A stretch of DNA of 64,000 bases from Escherichia coli O157:H7 (GTDB lineage Bacteria > Pseudomonadota > Gammaproteobacteria > Enterobacterales > Enterobacteriaceae): the NCBI RefSeq assembly GCF_013167455.1, contig NZ_CP038328.1, one strand, 5' to 3'. The notes beneath the pieces are model-generated. The model did not search any database. It had not been told where the DNA came from and was given only the letters and a program-made list of their open reading frames with translations. Below are positions 22,316-34,185 of this stretch, piece after piece. Positions within the stretch are counted from its first letter, which is position 1; each line of letters starts with the position of its first letter. Position numbers and translations under genes: made by a program.

Positions 22316-22795
22316 ATGTTTTTACGTCAGGAAGACTTTGCCACGGTAGTGCGCTCCACACCGCTTGTCTCTCTCGACTTTATTGTCGAGAACAGTCGCG
22401 GCGAGTTTCTGCTTGGCAAAAGAACCAACCGCCCGGCGCAGGGTTACTGGTTTGTGCCGGGAGGGCGCGTGCAGAAAGACGAAACGCTGGAAGCCGCATT
22501 TGAGCGGCTGACGATGGCGGAACTGGGGCTGCGTCTGCCGATAACAGCAGGCCAGTTTTACGGTGTCTGGCAGCACTTTTATGACGATAACTTCTCCGGC
22601 ACGGATTTCACCACTCACTATGTGGTGCTCGGTTTTCGCTTCAGAGTAGCGGAAGAAGAACTGTTACTGCCGGATGAGCAGCATGACGATTACCGCTGGC
22701 TGACGCCGGACGCGCTGCTCGCCAGTAACGATGTTCACGCTAACAGCCGCGCCTATTTTCTCGCTGAGAAGCGTGCCGGAGTACCCGGATTATGA
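22316..22795 (+). CDS. gmm: GDP-mannose mannosyl hydrolase (Nudix)
   Basis: [50 protein letters not shown]...; start may be the adjacent ATG at 22313. Confidence 0.9.
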   Translation: MFLRQEDFATVVRSTPLVSLDFIVENSRGEFLLGKRTNRPAQGYWFVPGGRVQKDETLEAAFERLTMAELGLRLPITAGQFYGVWQHFYDDNFSGTDFTTHYVVLGFRFRVAEEELLLPDEQHDDYRWLTPDALLASNDVHANSRAYFLAEKRAGVPGL

Positions 22796-24015
22796 AAATA
22801 CTGGTCTACGGCATTAACTACTCGCCGGAGTTAACCGGCATCGGCAAATACACCGGCGAGATGGTGGAATGGCTGGCGGCGCAAGGTCATGAGGTGCGGG
22901 TTATTACCGCACCGCCTTACTACCCGCAGTGGCAAGTGGGCGAGAACTATTCCGCCTGGCGGTACAAACGAGAAGAGGGGGCCGCTACGGTGTGGCGCTG
23001 CCCGCTGTACGTGCCAAAACAGCCGAGCACCCTGAAACGCCTGTTGCATCTCGGCAGTTTTGCCGTCAGCAGTTTTTTCCCGTTGATGGCGCAACGTCGC
23101 TGGAAGCCGGATCGCATTATCGGCGTAGTGCCAACGCTGTTTTGCACGCCGGGAATGCGCCTGCTGGCGAAACTCTCTGGCGCGCGTACCGTGCTGCATA
23201 TTCAGGATTACGAAGTAGATGCCATGCTGGGGCTGGGCCTTGCCGGAAAAGGCAAAGGCGGCAAAGTGGCACAGCTGGCAACGGCGTTCGAACGTAGCGG
23301 ACTGCATAACGTCGATAACGTTTCCACGATTTCGCGTTCGATGATGAATAAAGCCATCGAAAAAGGCGTGGCGGCGGAAAACGTCATCTTCTTCCCCAAC
23401 TGGTCGGAAATCGCCCGTTTTCAGCATGTTGCAGACGCCGATGTTGATGCCCTTCGTAACCAGCTTGGCCTGCCGGATAACAAAAAAATCATTCTTTACT
23501 CCGGCAATATTGGTGAAAAGCAGGGGCTGGAAAACGTTATTGAAGCAGCCGATCGCCTGCGCGATGAACCGCTGATTTTTGCCATTGTCGGGCAGGGCGG
23601 CGGCAAAGCGCGGCTGGAAAAAATGGCGCAGCAGCGTGGACTGCGCAACATGCAATTTTTCCCGCTGCAATCGTATGACGCTTTACCCGCACTGCTGAAG
23701 ATGGGCGATTGCCATCTGGTGGTGCAAAAACGCGGCGCGGCAGATGCCGTATTGCCGTCGAAACTGACCAATATTCTGGCAGTAGGCGGTAACTCGGTGA
23801 TTACTGCTGAAGCCCACACAGAACTGGGACAGCTTTGCGAAACCTTTCCGGGCATTGCGGTTTGCGTAGAACCGGAATCGGTTGAGGCGCTGGTGGCGGG
23901 GATTCGTCAGGCGCTCCTGCTGCCCAAACACAACACGGTGGCACGTGAATATGCCGAACGCACGCTCGATAAAGAGAACGTGTTACGTCAATTTATAAAT
24001 GATATTCGGGGATAA
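22792..24015 (+). CDS. wcaI: Colanic acid glycosyltransferase (GT4)
   Basis: 407 aa; position in cluster. Confidence 0.85.
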
Positions 24016-24017
24016 TT

Positions 24018-25454
24018 ATGGCGCAGTCGAAACTCTATCCAGTTGTGATGGCAGGTGGCTCCGGTAGCCGCTTATGGCCGCTTTCCCGCGTACTTTATCC
24101 CAAGCAGTTTTTATGCCTGAAAGGCGATCTCACCATGCTGCAAACCACCATCTGCCGCCTGAACGGCGTGGAGTGCGAAAGCCCTGTGGTGATTTGCAAT
24201 GAGCAGCACCGCTTTATTGTTGCGGAACAACTGCGTCAACTGAACAAACTCACTGAGAACATTATTCTCGAACCGGCAGGGCGTAACACAGCACCGGCCA
24301 TTGCGCTGGCGGCGCTGGCGGCAAAACGTCATAGCCCGGAGAACGACCCATTAATGCTGGTGCTGGCGGCGGATCATGTGATTGCCGATGAAGACGCATT
24401 CCGCGCCGCCGTGCGTAACGCTATGCCGTATGCCGAAGCGGGCAAGCTGGTGACCTTCGGCATTGTGCCGGATCTACCTGAAACCGGATATGGCTATATT
24501 CGTCGCGGTGAAGTGTCGGCGGGTGAGCAGGATACGGTGGCCTTTGAAGTGGCGCAGTTTGTCGAAAAACCAAATCTGGAAACCGCGCAGGCCTATGTGG
24601 CAAGCGGCGAATATTACTGGAACAGCGGTATGTTCCTGTTCCGTGCCGGACGCTATCTCGAAGAACTGAAAAAATATCGCCCGGATATTCTCGACGCCTG
24701 TGAAAAAGCGATGAGCGCCGTCGATCCGGATCTCGATTTTATTCGCGTGGATGAAGACGCGTTTCTGGCCTGCCCGGAAGAGTCGGTGGATTACGCGGTC
24801 ATGGAACGTACGGCAGATGCCGTTGTGGTGCCGATGGATGCGGGCTGGAGCGATGTCGGCTCCTGGTCCTCATTATGGGAGATCAGCGCCCACACCGCCG
24901 AGGGCAACGTTTGCCACGGCGATGTGATTAATCACAAAACTGAAAACAGCTATGTGTATGCCGAATCTGGCCTGGTCACCACCGTCGGGGTGAAAGATTT
25001 GGTGGTAGTGCAGACCAAAGATGCGGTGCTGATTGCCGACCGTAACGCGGTGCAGGATGTGAAAAAAGTGGTCGAGCAGATCAAAGCCGATGGTCGCCAT
25101 GAGCATCGGGTGCATCGCGAAGTCTATCGCCCGTGGGGCAAATATGACTCTATCGACGCGGGCGACCGCTACCAGGTGAAACGCATCACCGTGAAACCGG
25201 GCGAAGGCTTGTCGGTACAGATGCACCATCACCGCGCGGAACACTGGGTGGTTGTCGCGGGAACGGCAAAAGTCACCATTGACGGTGATATCAAACTGCT
25301 TGGTGAAAACGAGTCGATTTATATTCCGCTGGGGGCGACGCACTGCCTGGAAAACCCGGGGAAAATTCCGCTCGATTTAATTGAAGTGCGCTCCGGCTCT
25401 TATCTCGAAGAGGATGATGTGGTGCGCTTCGCGGATCGCTACGGACGGGTGTAA
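24018..25454 (+). CDS. cpsB: Mannose-1-phosphate guanylyltransferase (colanic acid copy)
   Basis: 478 aa [24 protein letters not shown]...; cupin-type C-terminal domain. Confidence 0.93.
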
Positions 25455-25598
<144 letters not shown>

Positions 25599-25646
25599 TT
25601 GGCCGTTTCGGTCAGGGCCAACTATTGCCTGAAAAAGGGTAACGAT

Positions 25647-27017
25647 ATGAAAAAATTAACCTGCTTTAAAGCCTATGATATTCGCGGGAAATTAGGCGAA
25701 GAACTGAATGAAGATATTGCCTGGCGCATTGGTCGTGCCTATGGCGAATTTCTCAAACCGAAAACCATTGTGTTAGGCGGTGATGCCCGTCTCACCAGCG
25801 AAACCTTAAAACTGGCGCTGGCAAAAGGTTTACAGGATGCGGGCGTTGACGTGCTGGATATTGGTATGTCCGGCACCGAAGAGATCTATTTCGCCACGTT
25901 CCATCTCGGCGTGGATGGCGGCATTGAAGTTACTGCCAGCCATAACCCGATGGATTACAACGGCATGAAACTGGTGCGCGAAGGGGCTCGCCCGATCAGC
26001 GGCGATACCGGACTGCGCGATGTCCAGCGTCTGGCAGAAGCCAACGACTTTCCTCCCGTTGATGAAACCAAACGCGGTCGCTATCAGCAAATCAATCTGC
26101 GTGACGCTTACGTTGATCACCTGTTCGGTTATATCAACGTCAAAAACCTTACGCCGCTCAAGCTGGTGATCAACTCCGGGAACGGCGCGGCGGGTCCGGT
26201 GGTGGACGCCATCGAAGCCCGCTTTAAAGCCCTCGGCGCACCGGTGGAATTGATCAAAGTGCACAACACGCCCGACGGCAATTTCCCCAACGGTATTCCT
26301 AACCCGCTGCTGCCGGAATGTCGCGACGACACCCGCAATGCGGTCATTAAACACGGCGCGGATATGGGCATTGCTTTTGATGGCGATTTTGACCGCTGTT
26401 TCCTGTTTGACGAAAAAGGGCAGTTTATCGAGGGCTACTACATTGTCGGTCTGCTGGCAGAAGCGTTCCTCGAAAAAAATCCCGGCGCGAAGATCATCCA
26501 CGATCCACGTCTCTCCTGGAATACCGTTGATGTGGTGACTGCCGCAGGCGGCACCCCGGTAATGTCGAAAACCGGACACGCCTTTATTAAAGAACGGATG
26601 CGCAAGGAAGACGCCATCTACGGTGGCGAAATGAGCGCCCACCATTACTTCCGTGATTTTGCTTACTGCGACAGCGGCATGATCCCGTGGCTGCTGGTCG
26701 CCGAACTGGTGTGCCTGAAAGGAAAGACGCTGGGCGAACTGGTGCGCGACCGGATGGCAGCGTTTCCGTCAAGCGGTGAGATCAACAGCAAACTGGCGCA
26801 ACCCGTTGAGGCGATTAACCGCGTGGAACAGCATTTTAGCCGTGAGGCGCTGGCGGTGGATCGCACCGATGGCATCAGCATGACCTTTGCCGACTGGCGC
26901 TTTAATCTGCGCTCCTCCAACACCGAACCGGTGGTGCGGTTGAATGTGGAATCACGCGGTGATGTGCCGCTGATGGAAGCGCGAACGCGAACTCTGCTGA
27001 CGTTGCTGAACGAGTAA
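25647..27017 (+). CDS. cpsG: Phosphomannomutase (colanic acid copy)
   Basis: [29 protein letters not shown]...; phosphohexomutase active site TASHNP. Confidence 0.93.
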   Translation: MKKLTCFKAYDIRGKLGEELNEDIAWRIGRAYGEFLKPKTIVLGGDARLTSETLKLALAKGLQDAGVDVLDIGMSGTEEIYFATFHLGVDGGIEVTASHNPMDYNGMKLVREGARPISGDTGLRDVQRLAEANDFPPVDETKRGRYQQINLRDAYVDHLFGYINVKNLTPLKLVINSGNGAAGPVVDAIEARFKALGAPVELIKVHNTPDGNFPNGIPNPLLPECRDDTRNAVIKHGADMGIAFDGDFDRCFLFDEKGQFIEGYYIVGLLAEAFLEKNPGAKIIHDPRLSWNTVDVVTAAGGTPVMSKTGHAFIKERMRKEDAIYGGEMSAHHYFRDFAYCDSGMIPWLLVAELVCLKGKTLGELVRDRMAAFPSSGEINSKLAQPVEAINRVEQHFSREALAVDRTDGISMTFADWRFNLRSSNTEPVVRLNVESRGDVPLMEARTRTLLTLLNE

Positions 27018-27071
27018 TGTCGGATCTTCCCTTACCCCATTGCGGGTAAGGGGCTAATAACAGGAACAACG

Positions 27072-28466
27072 ATGACAAATCTAAAAAAGCGCGAGCGAGC
27101 GAAAACCAATGCATCGTTAATCTCTATGGTGCAACGCTTTTCAGATATCACCATCATGTTTGCCGGACTATGGCTGGTTTGCGAAGTGAGCGGACTGTCA
27201 TTCCTCTACATGCACCTGTTGGTGGCGCTGATTACGCTGGTGGTGTTCCAGATGCTGGGCGGCATCACCGATTTTTATCGCTCATGGCGCGGTGTTCGGG
27301 CAGCGACAGAATTTGCCCTGTTGCTACAAAACTGGACCTTAAGCGTGATTTTCAGCGCCGGACTGGTGGCGTTCAACAATGATTTCGACACGCAACTGAA
27401 AATCTGGCTGGCGTGGTATGGGCTGACCAGTATCGGACTGGTGGTTTGCCGTTCATGTATTCGCATTGGGGCGGGCTGGCTGCGTAATCATGGCTATAAC
27501 AAGCGCATGGTCGCGGTGGCGGGGGATTTAGCCGCCGGGCAAATGCTGATGGAGAGCTTCCGTAACCAGCCGTGGTTAGGGTTTGAAGTGGTGGGCGTTT
27601 ACCACGACCCGAAACTGGGCGGCGTTTCTAACGACTGGGCGGGTAACCTGCAACAGCTGGTCGAGGATGCTAAAGCAGGCAAGATTCATAACGTCTATAT
27701 CGCGATGCAAATGTGCGACGGCGCGCGAGTGAAAAAACTGGTCCATCAACTGGCGGACACCACCTGTTCGGTGCTGCTGATCCCCGATGTCTTTACCTTC
27801 AACATTCTCCATTCACGTCTTGAAGAGATGAACGGCGTTCCGGTGGTGCCGCTTTACGACACGCCGCTTTCCGGGGTTAACCGCCTGCTCAAACGTGCGG
27901 AAGACATTGTGCTGGCGACGCTTATCCTGCTGCTGATCTCCCCGGTGCTGTGCTGCATTGCGCTGGCGGTGAAACTCAGTTCACCTGGGCCGGTTATTTT
28001 CCGCCAGACTCGCTACGGCATGGATGGCAAGCCGATCAAAGTGTGGAAGTTCCGTTCCATGAAAGTGATGGAGAACGACAAAGTGGTGACCCAGGCGACG
28101 CAGAACGATCCGCGCGTCACCAAAGTGGGGAACTTTCTGCGCCGCACCTCGCTGGATGAATTGCCGCAGTTTATCAATGTGCTGACCGGGGGGATGTCGA
28201 TTGTCGGTCCACGTCCGCACGCGGTGGCGCATAACGAACAGTATCGACAGCTCATTGAAGGCTACATGCTGCGTCATAAGGTGAAACCGGGCATTACCGG
28301 CTGGGCGCAGATTAACGGCTGGCGCGGCGAAACCGACACGCTGGAGAAAATGGAAAAACGCGTCGAGTTCGACCTTGAGTACATCCGCGAATGGAGCGTC
28401 TGGTTCGATATCAAAATCGTTTTCCTGACGGTATTCAAAGGATTCGTTAACAAAGCGGCATATTGA
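27072..28466 (+). CDS. wcaJ: Undecaprenyl-phosphate glucose phosphotransferase (initiating transferase)
   Basis: 464 aa with N-terminal TM segments and C-terminal sugar-transferase domain (VGPRPH motif). Confidence 0.9.
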   Translation: MTNLKKRERAKTNASLISMVQRFSDITIMFAGLWLVCEVSGLSFLYMHLLVALITLVVFQMLGGITDFYRSWRGVRAATEFALLLQNWTLSVIFSAGLVAFNNDFDTQLKIWLAWYGLTSIGLVVCRSCIRIGAGWLRNHGYNKRMVAVAGDLAAGQMLMESFRNQPWLGFEVVGVYHDPKLGGVSNDWAGNLQQLVEDAKAGKIHNVYIAMQMCDGARVKKLVHQLADTTCSVLLIPDVFTFNILHSRLEEMNGVPVVPLYDTPLSGVNRLLKRAEDIVLATLILLLISPVLCCIALAVKLSSPGPVIFRQTRYGMDGKPIKVWKFRSMKVMENDKVVTQATQNDPRVTKVGNFLRRTSLDELPQFINVLTGGMSIVGPRPHAVAHNEQYRQLIEGYMLRHKVKPGITGWAQINGWRGETDTLEKMEKRVEFDLEYIREWSVWFDIKIVFLTVFKGFVNKAAY

Positions 28467-28467
28467 T

Positions 28468-29946
28468 ATGAGCTTACGTGAAAAAACCATCAGCGGCGCG
28501 AAGTGGTCGGCGATTGCCACGGTGATCATCATCGGCCTCGGGCTGGTGCAGATGACCGTGCTGGCGCGGATTATCGACAACCACCAGTTCGGTTTGCTTA
28601 CCGTGTCGCTGGTGATCATCGCGCTGGCAGATACGCTTTCTGACTTCGGTATTGCTAACTCGATTATTCAGCGAAAAGAAATCAGCCACCTTGAACTCAC
28701 CACGCTGTACTGGCTGAACGTTGGGCTGGGGCTTGTGGTGTGTGTGGCGGTGTTTTTGTTGAGTGATCTCATTGGTGACGTGCTGAACAACCCGGACCTG
28801 GCACCGTTGATTAAAACATTGTCGCTGGCGTTTGTGGTTATCCCCCACGGGCAACAGTTCCGCGCGTTGATGCAAAAGGAGCTGGAGTTCAACAAAATCG
28901 GCATGATCGAAACCAGCGCGGTACTGGCGGGCTTCACTTTTACGGTGGTTAGCGCCCATTTCTGGCCGCTGGCGATGACCGCGATCCTCGGTTATCTGGT
29001 CAATAGTGCGGTGAGAACGCTGCTGTTTGGCTACTTTGGCCGCAAAATTTATCGCCCCGGTCTGCATTTCTCGCTGGCGTCTGTTGCGCCGAACTTACGC
29101 TTTGGTGCCTGGCTGACGGCGGACAGCATCATCAACTATCTCAATACCAACCTTTCAACGCTGGTGCTGGCGCGTATTCTCGGCGCGGGCGTGGCAGGGG
29201 GATACAACCTGGCGTACAACGTGGCCGTTGTGCCGCCGATGAAGCTGAACCCGATCATCACCCGTGTGTTGTTTCCGGCATTCGCCAAAATTCAGGACGA
29301 TACCGAAAAGCTGCGCGTCAACTTCTACAAGCTGCTGTCGGTGGTGGGGATTATCAACTTTCCGGCGCTGCTCGGGCTGATGGTGGTGTCAAATAACTTT
29401 GTACCGCTGGTATTTGGCGAAAAGTGGAACAGCATTATTCCGGTGCTGCAATTGCTGTGTGTGGTGGGTCTGCTGCGCTCCGTAGGTAACCCGATTGGTT
29501 CGCTGCTGATGGCGAAAGCGCGGGTCGATATCAGCTTTAAATTCAACGTATTCAAAACATTTCTGTTTATTCCGGCGATTGTTATTGGTGGGCAGATGGC
29601 GGGCGCAATCGGCGTCACGCTCGGTTTCCTGCTGGTGCAGATTATCAACACCATTCTGAGTTACTTCGTGATGATTAAACCGGTTCTTGGTTCCAGTTAT
29701 CGCCAGTACATCCTGAGTTTGTGGCTGCCGTTTTATCTCTCGCTGCCGACGCTGGTGGTCAGTTATGTGCTGGGCATTGTGCTGAAAGGGCAACTGGCGC
29801 TGGGGATGCTGCTGGCGGTGCAAATAGCCGCGGGCGTGCTGGCGTTTGTGGTGATGATTGTGCTGTCGCGCCATCCGCTGGTGGTGGAAGTGAAGCGCCA
29901 GTTTTGTCGCAGCGAAAAAATGAAAATGCTTTTACGGGCGGGGTGA
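28468..29946 (+). CDS. wzxC: Colanic acid repeat-unit flippase (Wzx family)
   Basis: 492 aa polytopic membrane protein; position. Confidence 0.88.
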   Translation: MSLREKTISGAKWSAIATVIIIGLGLVQMTVLARIIDNHQFGLLTVSLVIIALADTLSDFGIANSIIQRKEISHLELTTLYWLNVGLGLVVCVAVFLLSDLIGDVLNNPDLAPLIKTLSLAFVVIPHGQQFRALMQKELEFNKIGMIETSAVLAGFTFTVVSAHFWPLAMTAILGYLVNSAVRTLLFGYFGRKIYRPGLHFSLASVAPNLRFGAWLTADSIINYLNTNLSTLVLARILGAGVAGGYNLAYNVAVVPPMKLNPIITRVLFPAFAKIQDDTEKLRVNFYKLLSVVGIINFPALLGLMVVSNNFVPLVFGEKWNSIIPVLQLLCVVGLLRSVGNPIGSLLMAKARVDISFKFNVFKTFLFIPAIVIGGQMAGAIGVTLGFLLVQIINTILSYFVMIKPVLGSSYRQYILSLWLPFYLSLPTLVVSYVLGIVLKGQLALGMLLAVQIAAGVLAFVVMIVLSRHPLVVEVKRQFCRSEKMKMLLRAG

Positions 29947-29949
29947 GTT

Positions 29950-30110
29950 GTTGTTTTCGGTTCCGACAACGGTTGCCGGGTGCAGCGTAAAACACCTTAT
30001 CCATCCTACGGTTCTGTGCTCGGGTCTTGTAGGCCTGATAAGACGCGCCAGCGTCGCATCAGGCAAAAAACGGCAACGAACACAACAAACACAGCCTCAC
30101 CTGGCATCAA
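29950..30110. repeat. REP/BIME cluster between wzxC and wcaK
   Basis: Repeated ...CCTTATCCATCCTACGG...GTAGGCCTGATAAGACGCGCCAGCGTCGCATCAGGC... units. Confidence 0.7.
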
Positions 30111-30125
30111 ATTTATGAGGAAAAA

Positions 30126-31406
30126 ATGAAATTACTTATTCTGGGCAACCACACTTGCGGCAATCGTGGCGACAGCGCCATCTTGCGCGGCTTACTTGAT
30201 GCCATCAACATCCTCAATCCACATACCGAAGTGGACGTGATGAGCCGCTATCCGGTCAGTTCTTCCTGGCTGCTCAACCGCCCGGTAATGGGTGATCCGC
30301 TGTTCCTTCAAATGAAACAACACAACAGCGCGGCGGGCGTTGTCGGGCGCGTTAAAAAAGTCCTCCGTCGCCGCTATCAGCACCAGGTATTGCTCTCACG
30401 CGTCACCGACACTGGCAAGCTGCGCAATATCGCCATCGCCCAGGGATTCACCGACTTCGTGCGCCTACTGTCAGGTTACGACGCCATTATTCAGGTCGGC
30501 GGATCGTTTTTTGTCGATCTCTACGGCGTGCCGCAGTTTGAACATGCACTTTGCACATTTATGGCGAAAAAGCCGCTGTTTATGATTGGTCACAGCGTCG
30601 GTCCCTTCCAGGATGAGCAATTTAACCAACTGGCGAACTACGTTTTTGGTCACTGCGACGCGCTGATCTTGCGCGAATCGGTCAGCCTCGATCTAATGAA
30701 ACGCAGCAATATCACCACTGCAAAAGTTGAACATGGCGTCGATACCGCGTGGCTGGTCGATCACCACACAGAAGACTTCACCGCCAGCTATGCCGTCCAA
30801 CACTGGCTGGACGTTGCCGCACAACAGAAAACGGTGGCAATTACCCTGCGCGAACTGGCACCGTTCGACAAACGCCTCGGCACCACTCAGCAAGTGTATG
30901 AAAAAGCCTTTGCCGGGGTGGTCAATCGCATTCTCGACGAAGGCTATCAGGTCATTGCGCTCTCCACCTGTACGGGTATCGACAGCTATAACAAAGACGA
31001 CCGCATGGTGGCGCTCAACCTGCGCCAGCACATCAGCGATCCTGCCCGTTATCACGTAGTGATGGATGAACTTAACGATCTGGAAATGGGCAAAATTCTC
31101 GGTGCCTGTGAACTCACCGTCGGTACGCGCCTGCACTCCGCCATTATCTCAATGAACTTTGCTACTCCGGCGATTGCCATCAACTATGAACATAAATCCG
31201 CCGGGGTTATGCAGCAGCTGGGACTACCGGAGATGGCAATTGATATCCGTCATTTATTAGACGGCAGCCTGCAAGCGATGGTTGCGGATACCTTAGGCCA
31301 GCTTCCGGCGCTGAACGCACGACTTAGCGAAGCCGTCAGTCGTGAGCGTCAGACGGGAATGCAGATGGTGCAGTCCGTACTGGAACGCATCGGGGAGGTG
31401 AAATGA
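30126..31406 (+). CDS. wcaK: Colanic acid pyruvyl transferase
   Basis: 426 aa; position in cluster. Confidence 0.85.
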   Translation: MKLLILGNHTCGNRGDSAILRGLLDAINILNPHTEVDVMSRYPVSSSWLLNRPVMGDPLFLQMKQHNSAAGVVGRVKKVLRRRYQHQVLLSRVTDTGKLRNIAIAQGFTDFVRLLSGYDAIIQVGGSFFVDLYGVPQFEHALCTFMAKKPLFMIGHSVGPFQDEQFNQLANYVFGHCDALILRESVSLDLMKRSNITTAKVEHGVDTAWLVDHHTEDFTASYAVQHWLDVAAQQKTVAITLRELAPFDKRLGTTQQVYEKAFAGVVNRILDEGYQVIALSTCTGIDSYNKDDRMVALNLRQHISDPARYHVVMDELNDLEMGKILGACELTVGTRLHSAIISMNFATPAIAINYEHKSAGVMQQLGLPEMAIDIRHLLDGSLQAMVADTLGQLPALNARLSEAVSRERQTGMQMVQSVLERIGEVK

Positions 31407-32623
31407 AGGTCGGCTTCTTCTTATTGAAATTTCCGCTGTCGTCAGAAACCTTCGTTCTTAACCAAATCACTGCGTTTATTGATATGGGCTTTGAAGTGGA
31501 GATTGTCGCGCTGCAAAAAGGCGACACACAAAACACCCACGTGGCATGGACTAAATACAACCTTGCCGCCAGAACCCGCTGGTTACAGGACGAACCTACG
31601 GGCAAAGTGGCGAAACTGCGCCACCGAGCCAGTCAGACCTTGCGCGGCATTCATCGTAAAAATACCTGGCAGGCGCTCAACCTCAAACGCTATGGTGCCG
31701 AGTCGTGGAACCTGATTTTGTCTGCCATTTGCGGCCAGGTCGCAACACCGTTTCGCGCCGATGTGTTCATCGCTCATTTTGGCCCTGCGGGGGTAACCGC
31801 AGCAAAACTACGCGAACTGGGTGTCATTCACGGCAAAATTGCCACTATTTTCCACGGCATTGATATTTCCAGTCGGGAAGTGCTCAACCATTACACTCCC
31901 GAATATCAACAACTGTTTCGACGTGGCGACCTGATGCTACCGATAAGCGATCTGTGGGCCGGAAGGCTGCAAAAAATGGGCTGCCCGAGGGAAAAAATCG
32001 CCGTATCGCGCATGGGCGTAGATATGACGCGCTTTAGCCCGCGTCCCGTGAAAGCGCCCGCAACACCGCTGGAGATTATTTCCGTCGCACGCTTAACCGA
32101 GAAAAAAGGTCTGCATGTGGCGATTGAAGCCTGCCGGCAGTTGAAAGAGCAGGGCGTGGCATTTCGCTATCGCATCCTCGGCATTGGCCCGTGGGAACGA
32201 CGCCTGCGCACGCTCATCGAACAATATCAACTGGAAGATGTGGTGGAGATGCCGGGCTTTAAACCGAGCCATGAAGTGAAAGCGATGCTCGACGACGCGG
32301 ATGTCTTCCTGTTGCCATCGGTTACAGGTGCGGATGGCGATATGGAAGGCATTCCGGTGGCGCTGATGGAGGCGATGGCGGTCGGCATTCCGGTGGTTTC
32401 TACTCTGCATAGCGGAATACCGGAACTGGTGGAGGCTGACAAATCCGGCTGGCTGGTGCCTGAGAACGATGCTCGCGCACTGGCGCAACGACTGGCGGCG
32501 TTTAGCCAACTGGACACCGACGAATTGGCTCCGGTCGTCAAACGCGCGCGCGAAAAAGTTGAACACGATTTTAACCAGCAGGTGATCAATCGAGAACTCG
32601 CCAGCTTGCTGCAGGCTTTATAG
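31403..32623 (+). CDS. wcaL: Colanic acid glycosyltransferase (GT4)
   Basis: 406 aa; position in cluster. Confidence 0.85.
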   Translation: MKVGFFLLKFPLSSETFVLNQITAFIDMGFEVEIVALQKGDTQNTHVAWTKYNLAARTRWLQDEPTGKVAKLRHRASQTLRGIHRKNTWQALNLKRYGAESWNLILSAICGQVATPFRADVFIAHFGPAGVTAAKLRELGVIHGKIATIFHGIDISSREVLNHYTPEYQQLFRRGDLMLPISDLWAGRLQKMGCPREKIAVSRMGVDMTRFSPRPVKAPATPLEIISVARLTEKKGLHVAIEACRQLKEQGVAFRYRILGIGPWERRLRTLIEQYQLEDVVEMPGFKPSHEVKAMLDDADVFLLPSVTGADGDMEGIPVALMEAMAVGIPVVSTLHSGIPELVEADKSGWLVPENDARALAQRLAAFSQLDTDELAPVVKRAREKVEHDFNQQVINRELASLLQAL

Positions 32624-32633
32624 AGGAGAACGT

Positions 32634-34028
32634 ATGCCATTTAAAAAACTCTCCCGACGCACCTTCCTGACGGCAAGCTCGGCGCTTGCCTTCCTTCATA
32701 CCCCTTTCGCTCGCGCACTTCCCGCCCGACAAAGCGTTAATATCAACGACTACAACCCTCACGACTGGATCGCCTCATTTAAACAAGCCTTCAGCGAAGG
32801 GCAAACGGTTGTCGTGCCTGCTGGATTCGTTTGTGACAATATCAACACCGGCATCTTCATTCCTCCTGGCAAAACGTTACACATCCTTGGAAGCCTGCGC
32901 GGCAACGGCAGAGGGCGATTTGTCTTACAGGACGGCAGCCAGGTGACAGGGGAGGAGGGCGGCAGTATGCATAACATCACCCTGGATGTGCGTGGTTCTG
33001 ACTGCACCATCAAAGGGCTGGCGATGAGCGGCTTTGGTCCGGTAACGCAGATTTATATCGGCGGCAAAAACAAACGGGTCATGCGCAACCTGACCATCGA
33101 TAACCTGACCATTAGCCACGCTAATTACGCCATCTTACGCCAGGGATTTCATAACCAGATTATCGGTGCCAACATCACCAATTGTAAGTTCAGCGACTTA
33201 CAGGGCGATGCCATTGAATGGAACGTGGCGATTAACGACCGCGATATTTTGATCTCCGACCATGTCATCGAGCGCATCAACTGTACTAACGGCAAAATCA
33301 ACTGGGGCATTGGCATAGGCCTTGCGGGAAGCACTTACGATAATAATTACCCGGAAGATCAGGCAGTGAAAAACTTTGTCGTGGCGAATATCACGGGATC
33401 GGATTGTCGGCAGTTGATACATGTTGAAAATGGTAAACATTTTGTTATTCGTAATATCAAAGCCCGCAATATCACGCAGGATTTCAGTAAGAAAGCAGGT
33501 ATTGATAACGCCACAGTCGCTATTTACGGTTGTGACAATTTCGTGATTGATAATATTGAAATGATTAATAGCGCCGGGATGTTAATCGGCTATGGGGTAA
33601 TTAAAGGCAATTATCTCTCGATTCCGCAAAATTTCCGAGTGAATAATATTCAACTGGATAACACCCATCTTGCTTATAAATTGCGCGGCCTCCAAATCTC
33701 TGCCGGGAATGCCGTCTCCTTTGTGGCACTAACTAACATTGAGATGAAGCGTGCGTCGCTGGAGTTACACAACAAACCGCAACATCTTTTTCTGCGTAAT
33801 ATCAAAGTGATGCAGGAATCCTCTGTTGGACCCGCATTGATTATGAACTTCGACATGCGCAAAGACGTTCGAGGCGTCTTTATGGCGAAAGAAGAAACAC
33901 TGCTGTCTCTTGCAAATGTTCATGCGGTGAATGAGAAAGGACAAAGCTCCGTCGATATCGACAGGATTAATCACCATATTGTTAATGTGGAAAAGATTAA
34001 CTTTAGATTGCCGGAACGGAGAGAGTAG
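32634..34028 (+). CDS. wcaM: Colanic acid biosynthesis protein WcaM (secreted, right-handed beta-helix-like)
   Basis: 464 aa with Tat-like signal ([14 protein letters not shown]); last gene of the cluster. Confidence 0.85.
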   Translation: MPFKKLSRRTFLTASSALAFLHTPFARALPARQSVNINDYNPHDWIASFKQAFSEGQTVVVPAGFVCDNINTGIFIPPGKTLHILGSLRGNGRGRFVLQDGSQVTGEEGGSMHNITLDVRGSDCTIKGLAMSGFGPVTQIYIGGKNKRVMRNLTIDNLTISHANYAILRQGFHNQIIGANITNCKFSDLQGDAIEWNVAINDRDILISDHVIERINCTNGKINWGIGIGLAGSTYDNNYPEDQAVKNFVVANITGSDCRQLIHVENGKHFVIRNIKARNITQDFSKKAGIDNATVAIYGCDNFVIDNIEMINSAGMLIGYGVIKGNYLSIPQNFRVNNIQLDNTHLAYKLRGLQISAGNAVSFVALTNIEMKRASLELHNKPQHLFLRNIKVMQESSVGPALIMNFDMRKDVRGVFMAKEETLLSLANVHAVNEKGQSSVDIDRINHHIVNVEKINFRLPERRE

Positions 34029-34185
34029 ATTTGCGACCATTCATAAACTTACTGGATATAATGTTCTAAAAGATTATAATCCTCACACTAACTGTTAAAG
34101 CTGGGGCTGGGCAGCATTGACTACTCAGGGAAGGTACTCATCTTTATCTTGTGTTTCTTACGTAACAACCAGACTAAAGTGATTT

